DNA from: Actinomycetota bacterium | GTDB taxonomy: Bacteria > Actinomycetota > UBA4738 > CALAEC01 | Assembly: GCA_050692915.1 (NCBI GenBank) | Contig: JBOGVU010000003.1 | Location: forward strand, 1,588 to 65,587 | Reading direction: 5' to 3' | Length of the DNA: 64,000 bases | Shown: positions 1 through 9,151 of the stretch, one piece after another | Position numbering within the stretch: position 1 is the first letter of the stretch | Layout of the letters: every line of letters starts with the position of its first letter | Program-made: the position numbers and the translations under genes | Notes under the pieces: generated by a model | What the model saw: the letters and a program-made list of their open reading frames with translations, nothing else | Databases searched by the model: none | What the model was told of the DNA's origin: nothing

Positions 1-881
1 TCGGCGGCCGGCACGAACGGTGGGGGGATCGGCGACCCGTCCGAGGGGACGGCCCGTTCGAGGGCCTCGGCCATCTCCTCCGTGGTCTGGTACCGGTCGT
101 CCGGGTCGCGGGCTAACGCGCGCAGCACCACATCGTTGAGCTGGCGGGAGATCCCGGACCGGAGGGCCCGCGGCGGGACCGGGTCCTTGCTCAGCCGCAT
201 GGTCGCGGTGGCGATGTGCGTGTCCGCCTGGAACGGGGTCCGGCCGGTCAGCGCCTCGTACAGGACGATCCCCGTCGAGTACAGGTCGGCCCGGGCGTCG
301 ACCGGCCCGCCGGTCACCTGCTCGGGGGCCAGGTACCGGGAGGTTCCCAGCAGGTTGCCGGTGGTGGTCAGGTCGTCGCCGGCGAACGCCGCCTTGGCGA
401 TGCCGAAGTCGGTGACCTTCACGTACCCGTCCCGGTCGATCAGGATGTTGCCCGGCTTCACGTCGCGGTGGACAACGCCGTGACGATGGGCGTGGCCGAG
501 ACCCTGGAGGGTGCTCCGGACCATCCGCGCGGCCTCCTCGGGGTCGAGGGTGCCCCGCTCGGCCAGGAGGGACTCGAGCGTGCGCCCCTCGAACAGCTCC
601 ATGACGATGAAGCTGACGCCGCCGTCGATACCGGTGTCGAATACCCTGACGACTGCTGGATGGGTCAGCCGTGCGGCGGCCACGGCCTCGAGGCGGAACC
701 GGTCGAAGAGGTCGGGGTCCCGGGCCAGATGGTCGTGGAGGACCTTGACGGCCACGGGCCTGCCCAGGACCTCGTCGCGGGCTCGCCAGACGGTGCCCAT
801 CCCGCCCGAGGCGATCTCGTCCTCGAGCTCGTACCGTCCCTCGAGCCGCCGACCGACCAGGCGCTTCTCCTCGGCGTCCAC
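1..881 (-). CDS. Hanks-type Ser/Thr protein kinase, complete catalytic domain; C-terminal region runs off the window edge
   Basis: Minus-strand frame, absent from the ORF track because it has no stop inside the window. Reads VDAEEKRLVGRRLEGRYELEDEIASGGMGTVWRARDEVLGRPVAVKVL ... HRHGVVHRDVKPGNILIDRDGYVKVTDFGIAKAAFAGDDLTTTGNLLGTSRYLAPEQ. Gly-rich loop, VAVK lysine, HRD catalytic loop and DFG are all intact. GTG start at 881. Confidence 0.8.
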   Translation of the reverse strand, partial: MDAEEKRLVGRRLEGRYELEDEIASGGMGTVWRARDEVLGRPVAVKVLHDHLARDPDLFDRFRLEAVAAARLTHPAVVRVFDTGIDGGVSFIVMELFEGRTLESLLAERGTLDPEEAARMVRSTLQGLGHAHRHGVVHRDVKPGNILIDRDGYVKVTDFGIAKAAFAGDDLTTTGNLLGTSRYLAPEQVTGGPVDARADLYSTGIVLYEALTGRTPFQADTHIATATMRLSKDPVPPRALRSGISRQLNDVVLRALARDPDDRYQTTEEMAEALERAVPSDGSPIPPPFVPAA

Positions 882-923
882 GGGAGGTCAGTGTACGCGG
901 CCCGTTCGGTGGGTCGACGGACC

Positions 924-1334
924 CTACACGTCGGGCGTGGGTGGTTCGGCGGTGACCTGCGTCCTGGCCAGCGTGAGGTCCTCCAGGAAGCCGATCATGT
1001 GGACGTATAGTGTGTCGGCCCGCTTGGTGAGCACTACGGTGAACCGTCCGTCCTGGTGGCACTGGTACGACCGGACCCTGGCCCGCGAGTCCTTGTCGTG
1101 CGCGGTGACGGTGGCGACCTCTCCGGCGCCACTGCAGTCCCTGCTCTGCATGAGCTGCGCGGCCCCTGCCGTGGCCGCGGACTCGGCCACGTCCTGGACC
1201 CGCAGCCTTGTGAACATGATGCTCCCGCCCTCGATCAGGAGGGTCCCGACCACGACCAGGCCGAGGATCGCCTTGACGAGGAACGATACGACGATGCCGC
1301 GCTCGTCGGCGAGGGCGGCGCGCAGGGTCATCAT
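924..1334 (-). CDS. small single-TM membrane protein, TadE-like N-terminal motif
   Basis: C-terminal 136 aa of track ORF 924..2684, starting MMTLRAALADERGIVVSFLVKAILGLVVVGTLLIEGGSIMFTRLRVQDVAESAAT. ERG, hydrophobic stretch, then E.G resembles the TadE N-terminal pattern. Its ATG overlaps the murJ stop as ATGA. Lies between murJ and the kinase. Confidence 0.4.
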   Translation of the reverse strand: MMTLRAALADERGIVVSFLVKAILGLVVVGTLLIEGGSIMFTRLRVQDVAESAATAGAAQLMQSRDCSGAGEVATVTAHDKDSRARVRSYQCHQDGRFTVVLTKRADTLYVHMIGFLEDLTLARTQVTAEPPTPDV

Positions 1335-2923
1335 CGGCGCCGCCGGGCGGCTACGGTCCGTCTCACCAGCTCGAACTCCTCGATCCGGAAGAGCAGGGCC
1401 GCGCCGATGAAGATTATAAGTCCCCCAACGACTCCCGCCCCTACCTGCGCGATCTGTCCGCCGAGAGTATCGGTCGCGAGAGCCCCGGACATGAGGCGGG
1501 CGGCGCCCCAAGCGGCAGCTCCGGTCAGTGCGGCCGCCGCGAGGATCCGGCCGAGCCCGGAGGCCAGCGCCCGTCCCTCCAGGCCCTCCAGCTTTCGCCG
1601 CAGGAGCAGCGCGGCCGCGGTGGCGGCGAAGAGGTAGGCGAGCGAGTGGCCCAGGGCCAGGCCTCGCACGCCCAGGGCAGGGAACAGGACCAGGTTCGCC
1701 ACGATGTTGAGGCCCACGGCGAACACGTTGATGAGCGCCGGGGTCCGGGTGTCCTGCATGGCGTAGAAGGCCCGCAGGCACAGGAGGAACGCGGAGAACG
1801 GGAACAGGCCGATGGCGAAGAACGTCAGGACGCCGGACACGAGCTCGGTCGACCGGGCCCCGGCGACGCCGTGCTCCAGGAGCACGCGCACGATGGGCTC
1901 CGCCAGGACGAGGTAGCCGGCGGCGGCGGGCAGCACCACGAACGCCGAGGCCCGGATGCCCCGGGCCAGGTCCCGCCGGAAGTCGGCGCGATCGCCCCGG
2001 ACCCAGTCCTCGGAGAGCGACGGCAGGAGCGCGGTCATGATCGAGACCGAGAAGATCGCGTGAGGGAGCTGGAAGAAGATGAACGCGGCTTGGTACGCGG
2101 TGAACCCGCCCCGAGCCCCCCCGGCCAGCACGATCACCACCAGCAGCCCGACCTGGTTGATGACCACGTACAGGACCGCCCACCCCGACAGCCGGACCAG
2201 GGAGCGGACGGCCGGATCCCGCCGGTCGAACCGCCACCGCCACCGGAACCCGATCCGCCGGAGTGACGGCCACAGGGCCAACGTCATGACCGCCACCCCC
2301 GCCGTGGCCCCGATGGCCAGCACGAGCCTCTGGGTGCCGGACACCGTGGTCTGGGTCGGCGTGGGGGGACCCGGGAGGAGCGCGAAGATCACGAACGACG
2401 CAATCACCACGAGGTTGTTGAGGATCGGGGCGAACATCGGCAGCGCGAACCGCCGGTGCGCGTTCAGCATCCCGGTGGCCACGGCACCCAGGCCGTACAG
2501 AACGATCTGGGGCATGAAGAACCGGAGGAACACGGTGGCCAGGTCCTGGACCGCCGCCCGCTGGGCTTCCGGCACCCGGAGCGTGTACAGGCCCACGATC
2601 CACGGGGCCAGCAGGATCCCCAGGATCATCACCGCGCCCAGGACCACCAGGGCCACGGTCATGACGGCCTGTGCCGACCGCCACGCGTCCTCGCGGCTAC
2701 GGGTGGTGAGCTGCTGGACGAACACCGGCACGAAGATCGAGGTGAGGATCCCGCCGAGGATCAGCTCGTACACGATGTTCGGGATGTTGTTGGCGACGTT
2801 GTACGAGTCGGCCAGCCGGGACTCGGCCACCCCGAGGGCGAACGCCATCGCCGCGACCCTTAGGAACCCGGTGACCCTGGACAGCGTGGTGCCCACGGCC
2901 ATGAGCGCGGTGCTCCGAACCAA
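1331..2923 (-). CDS. murJ: lipid II flippase MurJ (MviN)
   Basis: 530-aa polytopic membrane protein with a typical MurJ N-terminus MVRSTALMAVGTTLSRVTGFLRVAAMAFALG...NIPNIVYELILGGILTSIFVPVF and 14 predicted TMs. Family recognised by sequence memory. Confidence 0.9.
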   Translation of the reverse strand: MVRSTALMAVGTTLSRVTGFLRVAAMAFALGVAESRLADSYNVANNIPNIVYELILGGILTSIFVPVFVQQLTTRSREDAWRSAQAVMTVALVVLGAVMILGILLAPWIVGLYTLRVPEAQRAAVQDLATVFLRFFMPQIVLYGLGAVATGMLNAHRRFALPMFAPILNNLVVIASFVIFALLPGPPTPTQTTVSGTQRLVLAIGATAGVAVMTLALWPSLRRIGFRWRWRFDRRDPAVRSLVRLSGWAVLYVVINQVGLLVVIVLAGGARGGFTAYQAAFIFFQLPHAIFSVSIMTALLPSLSEDWVRGDRADFRRDLARGIRASAFVVLPAAAGYLVLAEPIVRVLLEHGVAGARSTELVSGVLTFFAIGLFPFSAFLLCLRAFYAMQDTRTPALINVFAVGLNIVANLVLFPALGVRGLALGHSLAYLFAATAAALLLRRKLEGLEGRALASGLGRILAAAALTGAAAWGAARLMSGALATDTLGGQIAQVGAGVVGGLIIFIGAALLFRIEEFELVRRTVAARRRR

Positions 2924-2988
2924 ACCCTGGGGGGTGGCGCCGTCGACGGGGACCGGAGTGAGGGGGCCGGGCTCCTCGTCCGACGGGG

Positions 2989-5007
2989 TCAGGCGTTCCG
3001 GCGGGACAGGAGCCTCCTAACCCACCACAGCGCTAGGAACAGCGCGGCGCCGGTGGTGATCAGCAGGGCGATGCGGTTGTAGGCGGTCGAGCGGACCACG
3101 ATCCTCGACGAGCCGATGGGGACCCCGTCCGGGGTCTCCAGCTCGACCCGCACCGGGAACCGCCCGGTGGTCTGGGCCCGGACCGGGAACACGAACTGCT
3201 GGACCGGCCGCTCGAGCGGCACGACCTGGCTGCGGCCCCCGACGAACTGCAGCCGAGTCGAGCGCAGGATCAATCGGACCCGCACCGGGTAGCCGGCATC
3301 GTTGCGGAGCGTGACCGGGATGATCCCGCCCTGCGAGGTCAGGGTGATGGAGCTGGCCAGCGGGGGATGGATCTTCTCGAGCTCGGCGTTCACGGCGGAA
3401 CGGACCGACCCGATCAGGGCCAGCCGGTCGACCTCGTGGCCGGCCAGGTAACGCGACTGCGACAGCAACAGGCCCCGGCGGAGCTGGTCGAGGAGGGGGG
3501 ACTGGTCGGCCATCGAGGCCAGGGCGTCCACATCCGCCCGGCCCGCGTCGAGACCGGCCACCACCGAGGACGAGAAGCCGGGGGCCCTGGAAGCCGCCTG
3601 GAGCTCCCGGGGCTCCGTTGGATCGTCGGGCGGCGGCTGACCCACCGCCACGCGGGTGGCCTTCACCCCGCGCAGCCACCGGATGCCCGACGGCACCTCC
3701 AGACCATCCAGGAAGACCCTGAGGAACCGGCCGGGCGGCAGTTCGCCCTCGCCGAACACCACGGCCACGCCGCGAGGGATCGAGGGGCGCTCGAAATAGA
3801 TCGCCGAGAGCTCGCCGATCGTCCACATCGCCGAGAGCGCGGGGTCCTGGTCCGCGGCGGCCGTCCGCTCCTCCACCACGGGATCGGGGGTCACGACCGT
3901 CAGGGATCCCTCGGCCGCCCGGGCCGCCCCGTGGGGGGTCATGGCCAGGCCCTCCGGTGGCGGGAAGGCGTCGGCGTCGGCCAGGAGGGCTTCGGTTGTG
4001 CCGTCCTCGCTCAGGATCCTCGGGAGCTCGAAGAGCGACTCGTCGGTGAGGGCCGAGGCGGGGGGGCGGAAGATCGTCTGGGACGGGACCGCGCCCAGCA
4101 CGGCCTCCGCCACCGCGCGGCCTCGATCGATCTGCCCGGTGAGATCGTCCTCCAGCCCCGCCTCGATGATCGACGGGACCGACGGCGATGCGTACGGCAG
4201 GGCCACGAGCTCGGTGGTGTCGGTCCGCCGGGCCACCTCCCTGATCCGGTCGAGCAGATCACCGGCCGCCACCGCCGTGGGATCCTCGGGCGGGCGCTCC
4301 TCCACGCCCTCGCCCGCGATGACGCGGAACCCGTCCCGCATGTCGGCCAGGGCCTCGAGGAGCAGCGGGGAGACGACCACGGTCAACGGGGCGGTCGTGT
4401 CCTCGAGGGCCCCGACGATCACGTCGAGCCGTCCACCCGGCAGGATCTGTTCCTCGATCTCCGAGTCGAGCAGCGCACCGTCGGCCCGGATCCGCACGGG
4501 GGCATCGAGCACGAAGCACGCCGCCACGTCGAGCGGAGCCAGCGGCGGATCCATCACGAACACGAGCGCGGACCGTATCTCGGCCAGTTGGGCGTCGGCC
4601 GACCGCAGCTCGACGGTCACGGGATAGAGAGCGTTCTCCGTCCGCTCCACCAGGAACGCCAGGCGTTCCCACGCCGCCTCGAACGAGCGCGTGGCCCCCG
4701 GCGCGAGCCCGCCCCGGAGCGGGAACACCTTGATCCCCAGCGGCGAGATCGGGCCGGCCCGGAGCACCTCGGCGTAGTCCGACCTGGTCCGGGCCGCCGA
4801 CCACACGGTCACCGCCAGGCTCAGGTCTTCGAACGGCGTGGTCGTGTGGTTGATGGCCCGAACCTCCACCTCGAACGGGTCTTCGGCCGTGGCGAAGGGA
4901 GTCTGGTCCACAAGCAGCAGCCGCACCGCCGGCTCCTCCTGGGCCGCCGCCGGCGCCACCGCGAGCGTCGCAGACGCGGCCACCGCGAGCGCCAGGAGCC
5001 GCCTCAT
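2989..5007 (-). CDS. conserved actinobacterial secreted/membrane-anchored protein of the murJ locus (M. tuberculosis Rv3909-like)
   Basis: Real start is probably MRRLLALAVAASATLAVAPAAAQE, a signal peptide, at 5007. It overlaps the NUDIX stop as ATGA. The Gly/Arg-rich N-terminal extension in the track is a GC artefact. Has a C-terminal TM anchor IALLITTGAALFLALWWV. Position between the NUDIX gene and murJ matches the mycobacterial arrangement. Confidence 0.7.
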   Translation of the reverse strand: MRRLLALAVAASATLAVAPAAAQEEPAVRLLLVDQTPFATAEDPFEVEVRAINHTTTPFEDLSLAVTVWSAARTRSDYAEVLRAGPISPLGIKVFPLRGGLAPGATRSFEAAWERLAFLVERTENALYPVTVELRSADAQLAEIRSALVFVMDPPLAPLDVAACFVLDAPVRIRADGALLDSEIEEQILPGGRLDVIVGALEDTTAPLTVVVSPLLLEALADMRDGFRVIAGEGVEERPPEDPTAVAAGDLLDRIREVARRTDTTELVALPYASPSVPSIIEAGLEDDLTGQIDRGRAVAEAVLGAVPSQTIFRPPASALTDESLFELPRILSEDGTTEALLADADAFPPPEGLAMTPHGAARAAEGSLTVVTPDPVVEERTAAADQDPALSAMWTIGELSAIYFERPSIPRGVAVVFGEGELPPGRFLRVFLDGLEVPSGIRWLRGVKATRVAVGQPPPDDPTEPRELQAASRAPGFSSSVVAGLDAGRADVDALASMADQSPLLDQLRRGLLLSQSRYLAGHEVDRLALIGSVRSAVNAELEKIHPPLASSITLTSQGGIIPVTLRNDAGYPVRVRLILRSTRLQFVGGRSQVVPLERPVQQFVFPVRAQTTGRFPVRVELETPDGVPIGSSRIVVRSTAYNRIALLITTGAALFLALWWVRRLLSRRNA

Positions 5008-5432
5008 CCGGTCACCGCCTGCGTGGCCTTCTGGATGACCTCCTTCTCGGAGTCGAACCCGGCCACGTTCGTGGCCTCCTCCAGGGGGAACCACCGGACC
5101 TCCTCCATCTCCCGGTCGCGAGGCCCCGGGGGCTCGTCGTCCGCGTCCATCAGGAAGAAGTGCACGGTCTTGCGGATCCGGGTCCCCTCCCACACGAACC
5201 AGTAGGAGACGTCCCCCAGTGGCGCCCTGGCCGTCCCCCGATGCCCGGTCTCCTCCCGCACCTCCCGGACCGCGGCCTCCTCGGGCGACTCGCCCTCCTC
5301 GACCAGTCCCTTGGGAAGCCCCCACACGAGGTCCCCTCGCCTGGTCCGGCGCGAGGCCAGGAGGATCTCGGGGCCGTGGGGGCCCTCCCTGACGAGGACA
5401 CCCCCGGCCGACACCTGGCGCCGGGTCTTCAT
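5004..5432 (-). CDS. NUDIX hydrolase (MutT4-like)
   Basis: Nudix box GLPKGLVEEGESPEEAAVREVREETG. Start placed at MKTRRQVSAGGVLV (5432). The longer Gly/Arg-rich track ORF is probably an artefact, although mycobacterial MutT4 does carry an Arg-rich N-terminal extension. Confidence 0.8.
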   Translation of the reverse strand: MKTRRQVSAGGVLVREGPHGPEILLASRRTRRGDLVWGLPKGLVEEGESPEEAAVREVREETGHRGTARAPLGDVSYWFVWEGTRIRKTVHFFLMDADDEPPGPRDREMEEVRWFPLEEATNVAGFDSEKEVIQKATQAVTG

Positions 5433-5893
5433 CGAGCCACCCTGGCCACCTTGGCCCCGGTGGCCCGAACGAGATCGTCGGGTCGGATCTTCAGCATGGT
5501 CGACGGCTCGCCGCCGGCAAGGTACAGGACCTCCTGCTCGGCCAGCGTTCGATCCAGGATCACCCTCGTCCCCTTCGGCAGGCCGACCGGCGGGACGGCC
5601 TCGGCCAGGAAGTCCGTCAGCTCCGCGACCCGGTCGGGGCCGAGCTCGGTGAGCGTGGGGGAGGGCGTGGCCACCGCCAGCCGGCGGAGGTCGGGTGTGG
5701 CGCTCGCCGGAAGCACCGCGGCCACGAGCCCCTTGGCCGCCTCCAGGACGACCACCCGGCCCACCTGGTTCGGGGGCAGGCCGAGCACCGCGGCCGTGCG
5801 CTCGGGCGTACGAAGCCGGCCCCGCACGGGCACCAGCTCGTGGGGGATGTCTCGTTCCAGGAGGTGGTTGTGGACGTCGACGCTGGTCCGCAT
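5429..5893 (-). CDS. YbaK/ProX-type aminoacyl-tRNA deacylase domain protein
   Basis: MRTSVDVHNHLLERDIPHELVPV... resembles the YbaK/EbsC editing-domain family. ATGA overlap with the NUDIX start. Confidence 0.65.
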   Translation of the reverse strand: MRTSVDVHNHLLERDIPHELVPVRGRLRTPERTAAVLGLPPNQVGRVVVLEAAKGLVAAVLPASATPDLRRLAVATPSPTLTELGPDRVAELTDFLAEAVPPVGLPKGTRVILDRTLAEQEVLYLAGGEPSTMLKIRPDDLVRATGAKVARVAR

Positions 5894-5898
5894 GGCCG

Positions 5899-7302
5899 CT
5901 ACCGGTCGCCCCGGCGCTGCTCCCACCATTCATCGAGCAGCTCGAAGGCCTCCCCCTCGGGGATCGGCCCCCGGTCCATCCGCAGCTCCAGCAGGTGCTC
6001 CAGTGCCTCCCCGACCAGTGGCCCGGGGGGGATCCCCAGGTGCTCCATCACCTGGTGGCCGTCCAGGGGCGGCTTGATGGCCGCGAGGTTCTCCTCCTCG
6101 GTGAGCCTGGCGATGCGCTGCTCGAGGTCGTCCTGGAGCTCGGCGAGCACCTTGGCCTTCTTCGGGTTCTGGGTGGTGCAGTCGGCCCGGGTGAGCTGGT
6201 TGAGCGCGTCCAGGAGTGGGCCGGCGTCTCGCACGTACCGTCGGAGGGCCCCGTCGGTCCACCCGAGCCGGTACGTGTGGAACCGGAGGTGCATCTCCAC
6301 CAGCTTCCTGACGTCCTGGACCACCTTCTCGGGGAACCGGAGGGCTCGCAGCCGCTCCTCGACGATCCGGGCGCCCACCACCTCGTGGTGGTGGAACTGG
6401 ACGCCCTCGGGCGTGATCTGCTTCGTGGCGGGCTTGCCCACGTCGTGGAGGAGCGCGGCCAGGCGGAGGGTCAGGTCGTCCGGGGGGCAGCGCTTGACCA
6501 CCGCCAGCGTGTGCCGGAAGACGTCCTTGTGCCGGTGGACTGGATCCTGCTCTAGCTGGAGGGCGGGCAGCTCAGGGAGGAACTGGTCGGCCAGACCGAT
6601 GTCGACCACAAGCTGGAGGCCGCGGTCGACGTGCGCTCCCTGGAGGAGCTTCGACAGTTCGTCCCGGATCCGTTCCGCCGACACGATCCGGAGCCGCTCG
6701 CGGAGGGTCCGCATGGCCTCCACGACCTCGGGGGCGGGCTCCATGCCCAGCGTCGAGACGAACCGGGCCGCCCGGAGCATCCGGAGTGGGTCGTCGGTGA
6801 ACGCCACCTCGGGCTCGAGCGGGGTCCGGAGCCGCTTGTGGGCCAGGTCGAACAGCCCCCGGTGCGGGTCGACGAACTCGCCCTCGGGGAGGCGGACGGC
6901 CATGGCGTTGATCGTGAAGTCCCTTCTGGCCAGGTCGGTGTCCACGTCCTTTGCGAAGGTCACCTCTGGGTTCCGGGAGTCCTCCGCGTAGATCTCTTCG
7001 CGGAACGTGGTGATCTCCAGGAGGTGGCCGCGCTTGCGGGCCCCCACCGTGCCGAATCGGATCCCCACGAGGTACCGGGCCTCGGCCCAGCCCTGGAGGA
7101 TGGCGATGACCTGCTGAGGGCGGGCGTCGGTGGCGAAGTCGAGCTCGTTCCCCGCTCGTCCGAGGACCGCGTCCCTGACCGCGCCGCCGACCAGGTACAG
7201 CTGATGGCCCGCCTTCTGGAAGCGGGCTCCCAGCTCCGTGGCCACCGGGGGGAGGTCGATGAGCTCGTCGACGGGCGGACGGTCGTCGGGGGAAGGGGTC
7301 AC
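5899..7302 (-). CDS. cca: CCA tRNA nucleotidyltransferase with HD domain
   Basis: GHQLYLVGGAVRD...DFATDARP...RDFTINAMA (pol-beta NTase head) plus a C-terminal HD region HDVGKP. Confidence 0.9.
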   Translation of the reverse strand: MTPSPDDRPPVDELIDLPPVATELGARFQKAGHQLYLVGGAVRDAVLGRAGNELDFATDARPQQVIAILQGWAEARYLVGIRFGTVGARKRGHLLEITTFREEIYAEDSRNPEVTFAKDVDTDLARRDFTINAMAVRLPEGEFVDPHRGLFDLAHKRLRTPLEPEVAFTDDPLRMLRAARFVSTLGMEPAPEVVEAMRTLRERLRIVSAERIRDELSKLLQGAHVDRGLQLVVDIGLADQFLPELPALQLEQDPVHRHKDVFRHTLAVVKRCPPDDLTLRLAALLHDVGKPATKQITPEGVQFHHHEVVGARIVEERLRALRFPEKVVQDVRKLVEMHLRFHTYRLGWTDGALRRYVRDAGPLLDALNQLTRADCTTQNPKKAKVLAELQDDLEQRIARLTEEENLAAIKPPLDGHQVMEHLGIPPGPLVGEALEHLLELRMDRGPIPEGEAFELLDEWWEQRRGDR

Positions 7303-7328
7303 GGCGGAAGGATACCCTAGCGTCGAGA

Positions 7329-7700
7329 ATGGCCGACTTGGTACGCGCCGCCGTCTACGCGTGGGCGCTTCCCAACACCCTCCTGGGCCTGCTGTGTGGC
7401 GCGCTCTCGTTCCAGCGGTACCGCCGGATCGACGGGGTGATGGTTTTCGACGGCCAGGTGAAGGGGTTCCTGGCGATCCTCCGGGGGCTCCGTCGATCCG
7501 CGATCACCTTCGGCCACGTGGTGCTGTCGAACCGTCCGGTGGATGGCCGGCTCCAGGCCCACGAGCTCCACCACGTGTGGCAGTACGAGCGCCTGGGACC
7601 CCTGTACATCCCGATCTACCTGCTGGTGTGGGTGTTCACCGGGTACCGTCGCCACCCGTTCGAGCTGGCGGCGAAGCACGCCGAGGGGGAGGCCGGCTAG
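7329..7700 (+). CDS. hypothetical small membrane protein with an HExxH motif
   Basis: 123 aa, 2–3 hydrophobic segments, HELHHVWQYERLG motif. No family assignable by eye. Confidence 0.4.
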   Translation: MADLVRAAVYAWALPNTLLGLLCGALSFQRYRRIDGVMVFDGQVKGFLAILRGLRRSAITFGHVVLSNRPVDGRLQAHELHHVWQYERLGPLYIPIYLLVWVFTGYRRHPFELAAKHAEGEAG

Positions 7701-8767
7701 ACGAGCTGTGCGGCCTTGAGGGCCAGCAGGAAGTCGTGCGGGTTGCTGGCAGCGTCGGCGGCGTCGTCGGCTGTGACGAGGTTCTCCCTGACCAGGGAGA
7801 CCAGCGCCTGGTCGAACGTCTGCATCCCGTAGAACTCGCCCTCGATCATCACGTCGGTGATCGTGTTCGTCAGCTCGGCGTCGAGGATGCGCTCCCTGAC
7901 CCGGCCGGTGTTCACGAGGATCTCCACGGCCGGGACCCGGCCCTTGCCGTCGGCCCGGACCACCAGACGCTGGGAGATCACGCCGCGGAGGCTGGCGGCC
8001 AGGGAGATGCGCACCTGCCGCTGCATCTCCGGCGGGAACAGGTCGATGATCCTGTTCACGGTCTCGGTCGCGTCGAGCGTGTGCAGGGTGGCGATGACCA
8101 GGTGGCCGGTCTCCGCGGCCTGGATGGCCGCTTCCACCGTCTCGGTGTCCCGGATCTCACCGATGAAGATCACGTCTGGGTCCTGCCGCACGATGTGCCG
8201 GAGCGCGCTTCGGTACGTGGCGGTGTCGGCCCCGATCTCCCGCTGGTCGACGATCGACAGCAGGTCCTCGTGGACGATCTCGATGGGGTCCTCGACGGTC
8301 ACGATGTGGGTCCTGCGGTTCGCGTTGATCCAGCCGATCATGGCGGCGATCGTGGTGGTCTTCCCGGTGCCGGCCGGGCCGGTGACCAGGAGGAGGCCTC
8401 GCTGCTCCTGGGCCATGGCATGCACGGCCGCGGGCAGGTTCAACTCGTCGAAGGTGGGGATGTCGTTCCGGACCCGGCGGATGGCCAGGTTCACGTTTCC
8501 CCGCTGGCGGAACACGTTGATCCGGAACCGCCCCACACCGGGAAGGGTGAAGCCGATGTCCGACTCGTTGGTCTCCCGGAACTCCTGGGCCTTGGCGGGC
8601 GGAAGCAGCTCCATGGCCGCGGCCTCGCAGTCCGCCGTCGTCAGCGGCTCGAACGGGGCGTGCTGGAGGACGCCGTCGATCCGCACGACGGGCGGGAGGC
8701 CGGCCTTCATGTGCAGGTCGCTGGCGCCGGCCTCGACCATATGACGCAGGAAGCTCGTGACTGCCAT
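7697..8767 (-). CDS. pilT: type IV pilus retraction ATPase PilT (PilT/GspE family)
   Basis: Walker A GPAGTGKTTT, Asp box, Walker B and His box. The N-terminal AGASDLHMKAGLPPVVRIDG is typical of PilT. Confidence 0.85.
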   Translation of the reverse strand: MAVTSFLRHMVEAGASDLHMKAGLPPVVRIDGVLQHAPFEPLTTADCEAAAMELLPPAKAQEFRETNESDIGFTLPGVGRFRINVFRQRGNVNLAIRRVRNDIPTFDELNLPAAVHAMAQEQRGLLLVTGPAGTGKTTTIAAMIGWINANRRTHIVTVEDPIEIVHEDLLSIVDQREIGADTATYRSALRHIVRQDPDVIFIGEIRDTETVEAAIQAAETGHLVIATLHTLDATETVNRIIDLFPPEMQRQVRISLAASLRGVISQRLVVRADGKGRVPAVEILVNTGRVRERILDAELTNTITDVMIEGEFYGMQTFDQALVSLVRENLVTADDAADAASNPHDFLLALKAAQLV

Positions 8768-8839
8768 CGCTCTCTGAATCGGCCCGGCCCGACCGGGCCT
8801 TGAGCCCCATCTTCACCCAAGTCGGCGCCGTCCGTGGCC

Positions 8840-8865
8840 GTTTGGGTCGCCGGGCCGAGGGGCAC
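8840..8865 (+). promoter_or_regulatory. candidate sigB/sigF-type stress promoter (GTTT-N16-GGGCAC) upstream of the KGG stress gene
   Basis: GTTT at 8840, a 16-nt spacer, then GGGCAC. This resembles the actinobacterial GTTT-N15-16-GGGTAT consensus. The downstream gene encodes a KGG-repeat stress protein. Confidence 0.3.
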
Positions 8866-8909
8866 AATGGAGGGGACCAGGCGAACGTCCCGGAAAACAG
8901 GAGGTGCAG

Positions 8910-9098
8910 GTGCCCGTGAGCCCCATGAGCAGAGCGGAGGCCGGCCGCAAGGGCGGCATGACCACGAAGAAGCGGTACGGAGCGGGCTTCTATCAGCGGA
9001 TCGGCCGCAAAGGCGGGAAGAAGGGCGGTCTCACCACGAAGCAGCGGTACGGACCCGATTTCTATCGTTCCATCGGCCGAAAGGGAGGATCCCGCTAG
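8910..9098 (+). CDS. KGG-repeat general stress protein (YciG-like)
   Basis: Repeats GRKGGMTTKKRYGAGFYQRIGRKGGKKGGLTTKQRYGPDFYRSIGRKGGSR. An AGGAGG RBS sits 7 nt before the GTG at 8910. The ATG at 8925 is an alternative start. Confidence 0.6.
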   Translation: MPVSPMSRAEAGRKGGMTTKKRYGAGFYQRIGRKGGKKGGLTTKQRYGPDFYRSIGRKGGSR

Positions 9099-9151
9099 CC
9101 GCAGCAGCCGTCAGGCGGCGCGTAGCGGCGCCGCCACGACGCCGGGTGTGG

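Noticed and set aside
216-1010. Long plus-strand ORFs overlapping the kinase (82..483, 216..1010, 511..1410, 1056..1637)
   Set aside because: They are antisense to a well-supported kinase and TadE-like gene. Their translations are Arg/Gly/Pro-rich with no recognisable domains, which is a typical high-GC mirror-ORF artefact.
5004-5933. 309-aa NUDIX ORF with 167-aa Gly/Arg-rich N-terminus
   Set aside because: The extension has no RBS-defined start. The Nudix fold begins at MKTRR, with an ATGA overlap to the upstream gene.
7238-8803. 521-aa plus-strand ORF and other ORFs antisense to pilT
   Set aside because: Antisense to a clear PilT with intact Walker motifs, and low-complexity composition.
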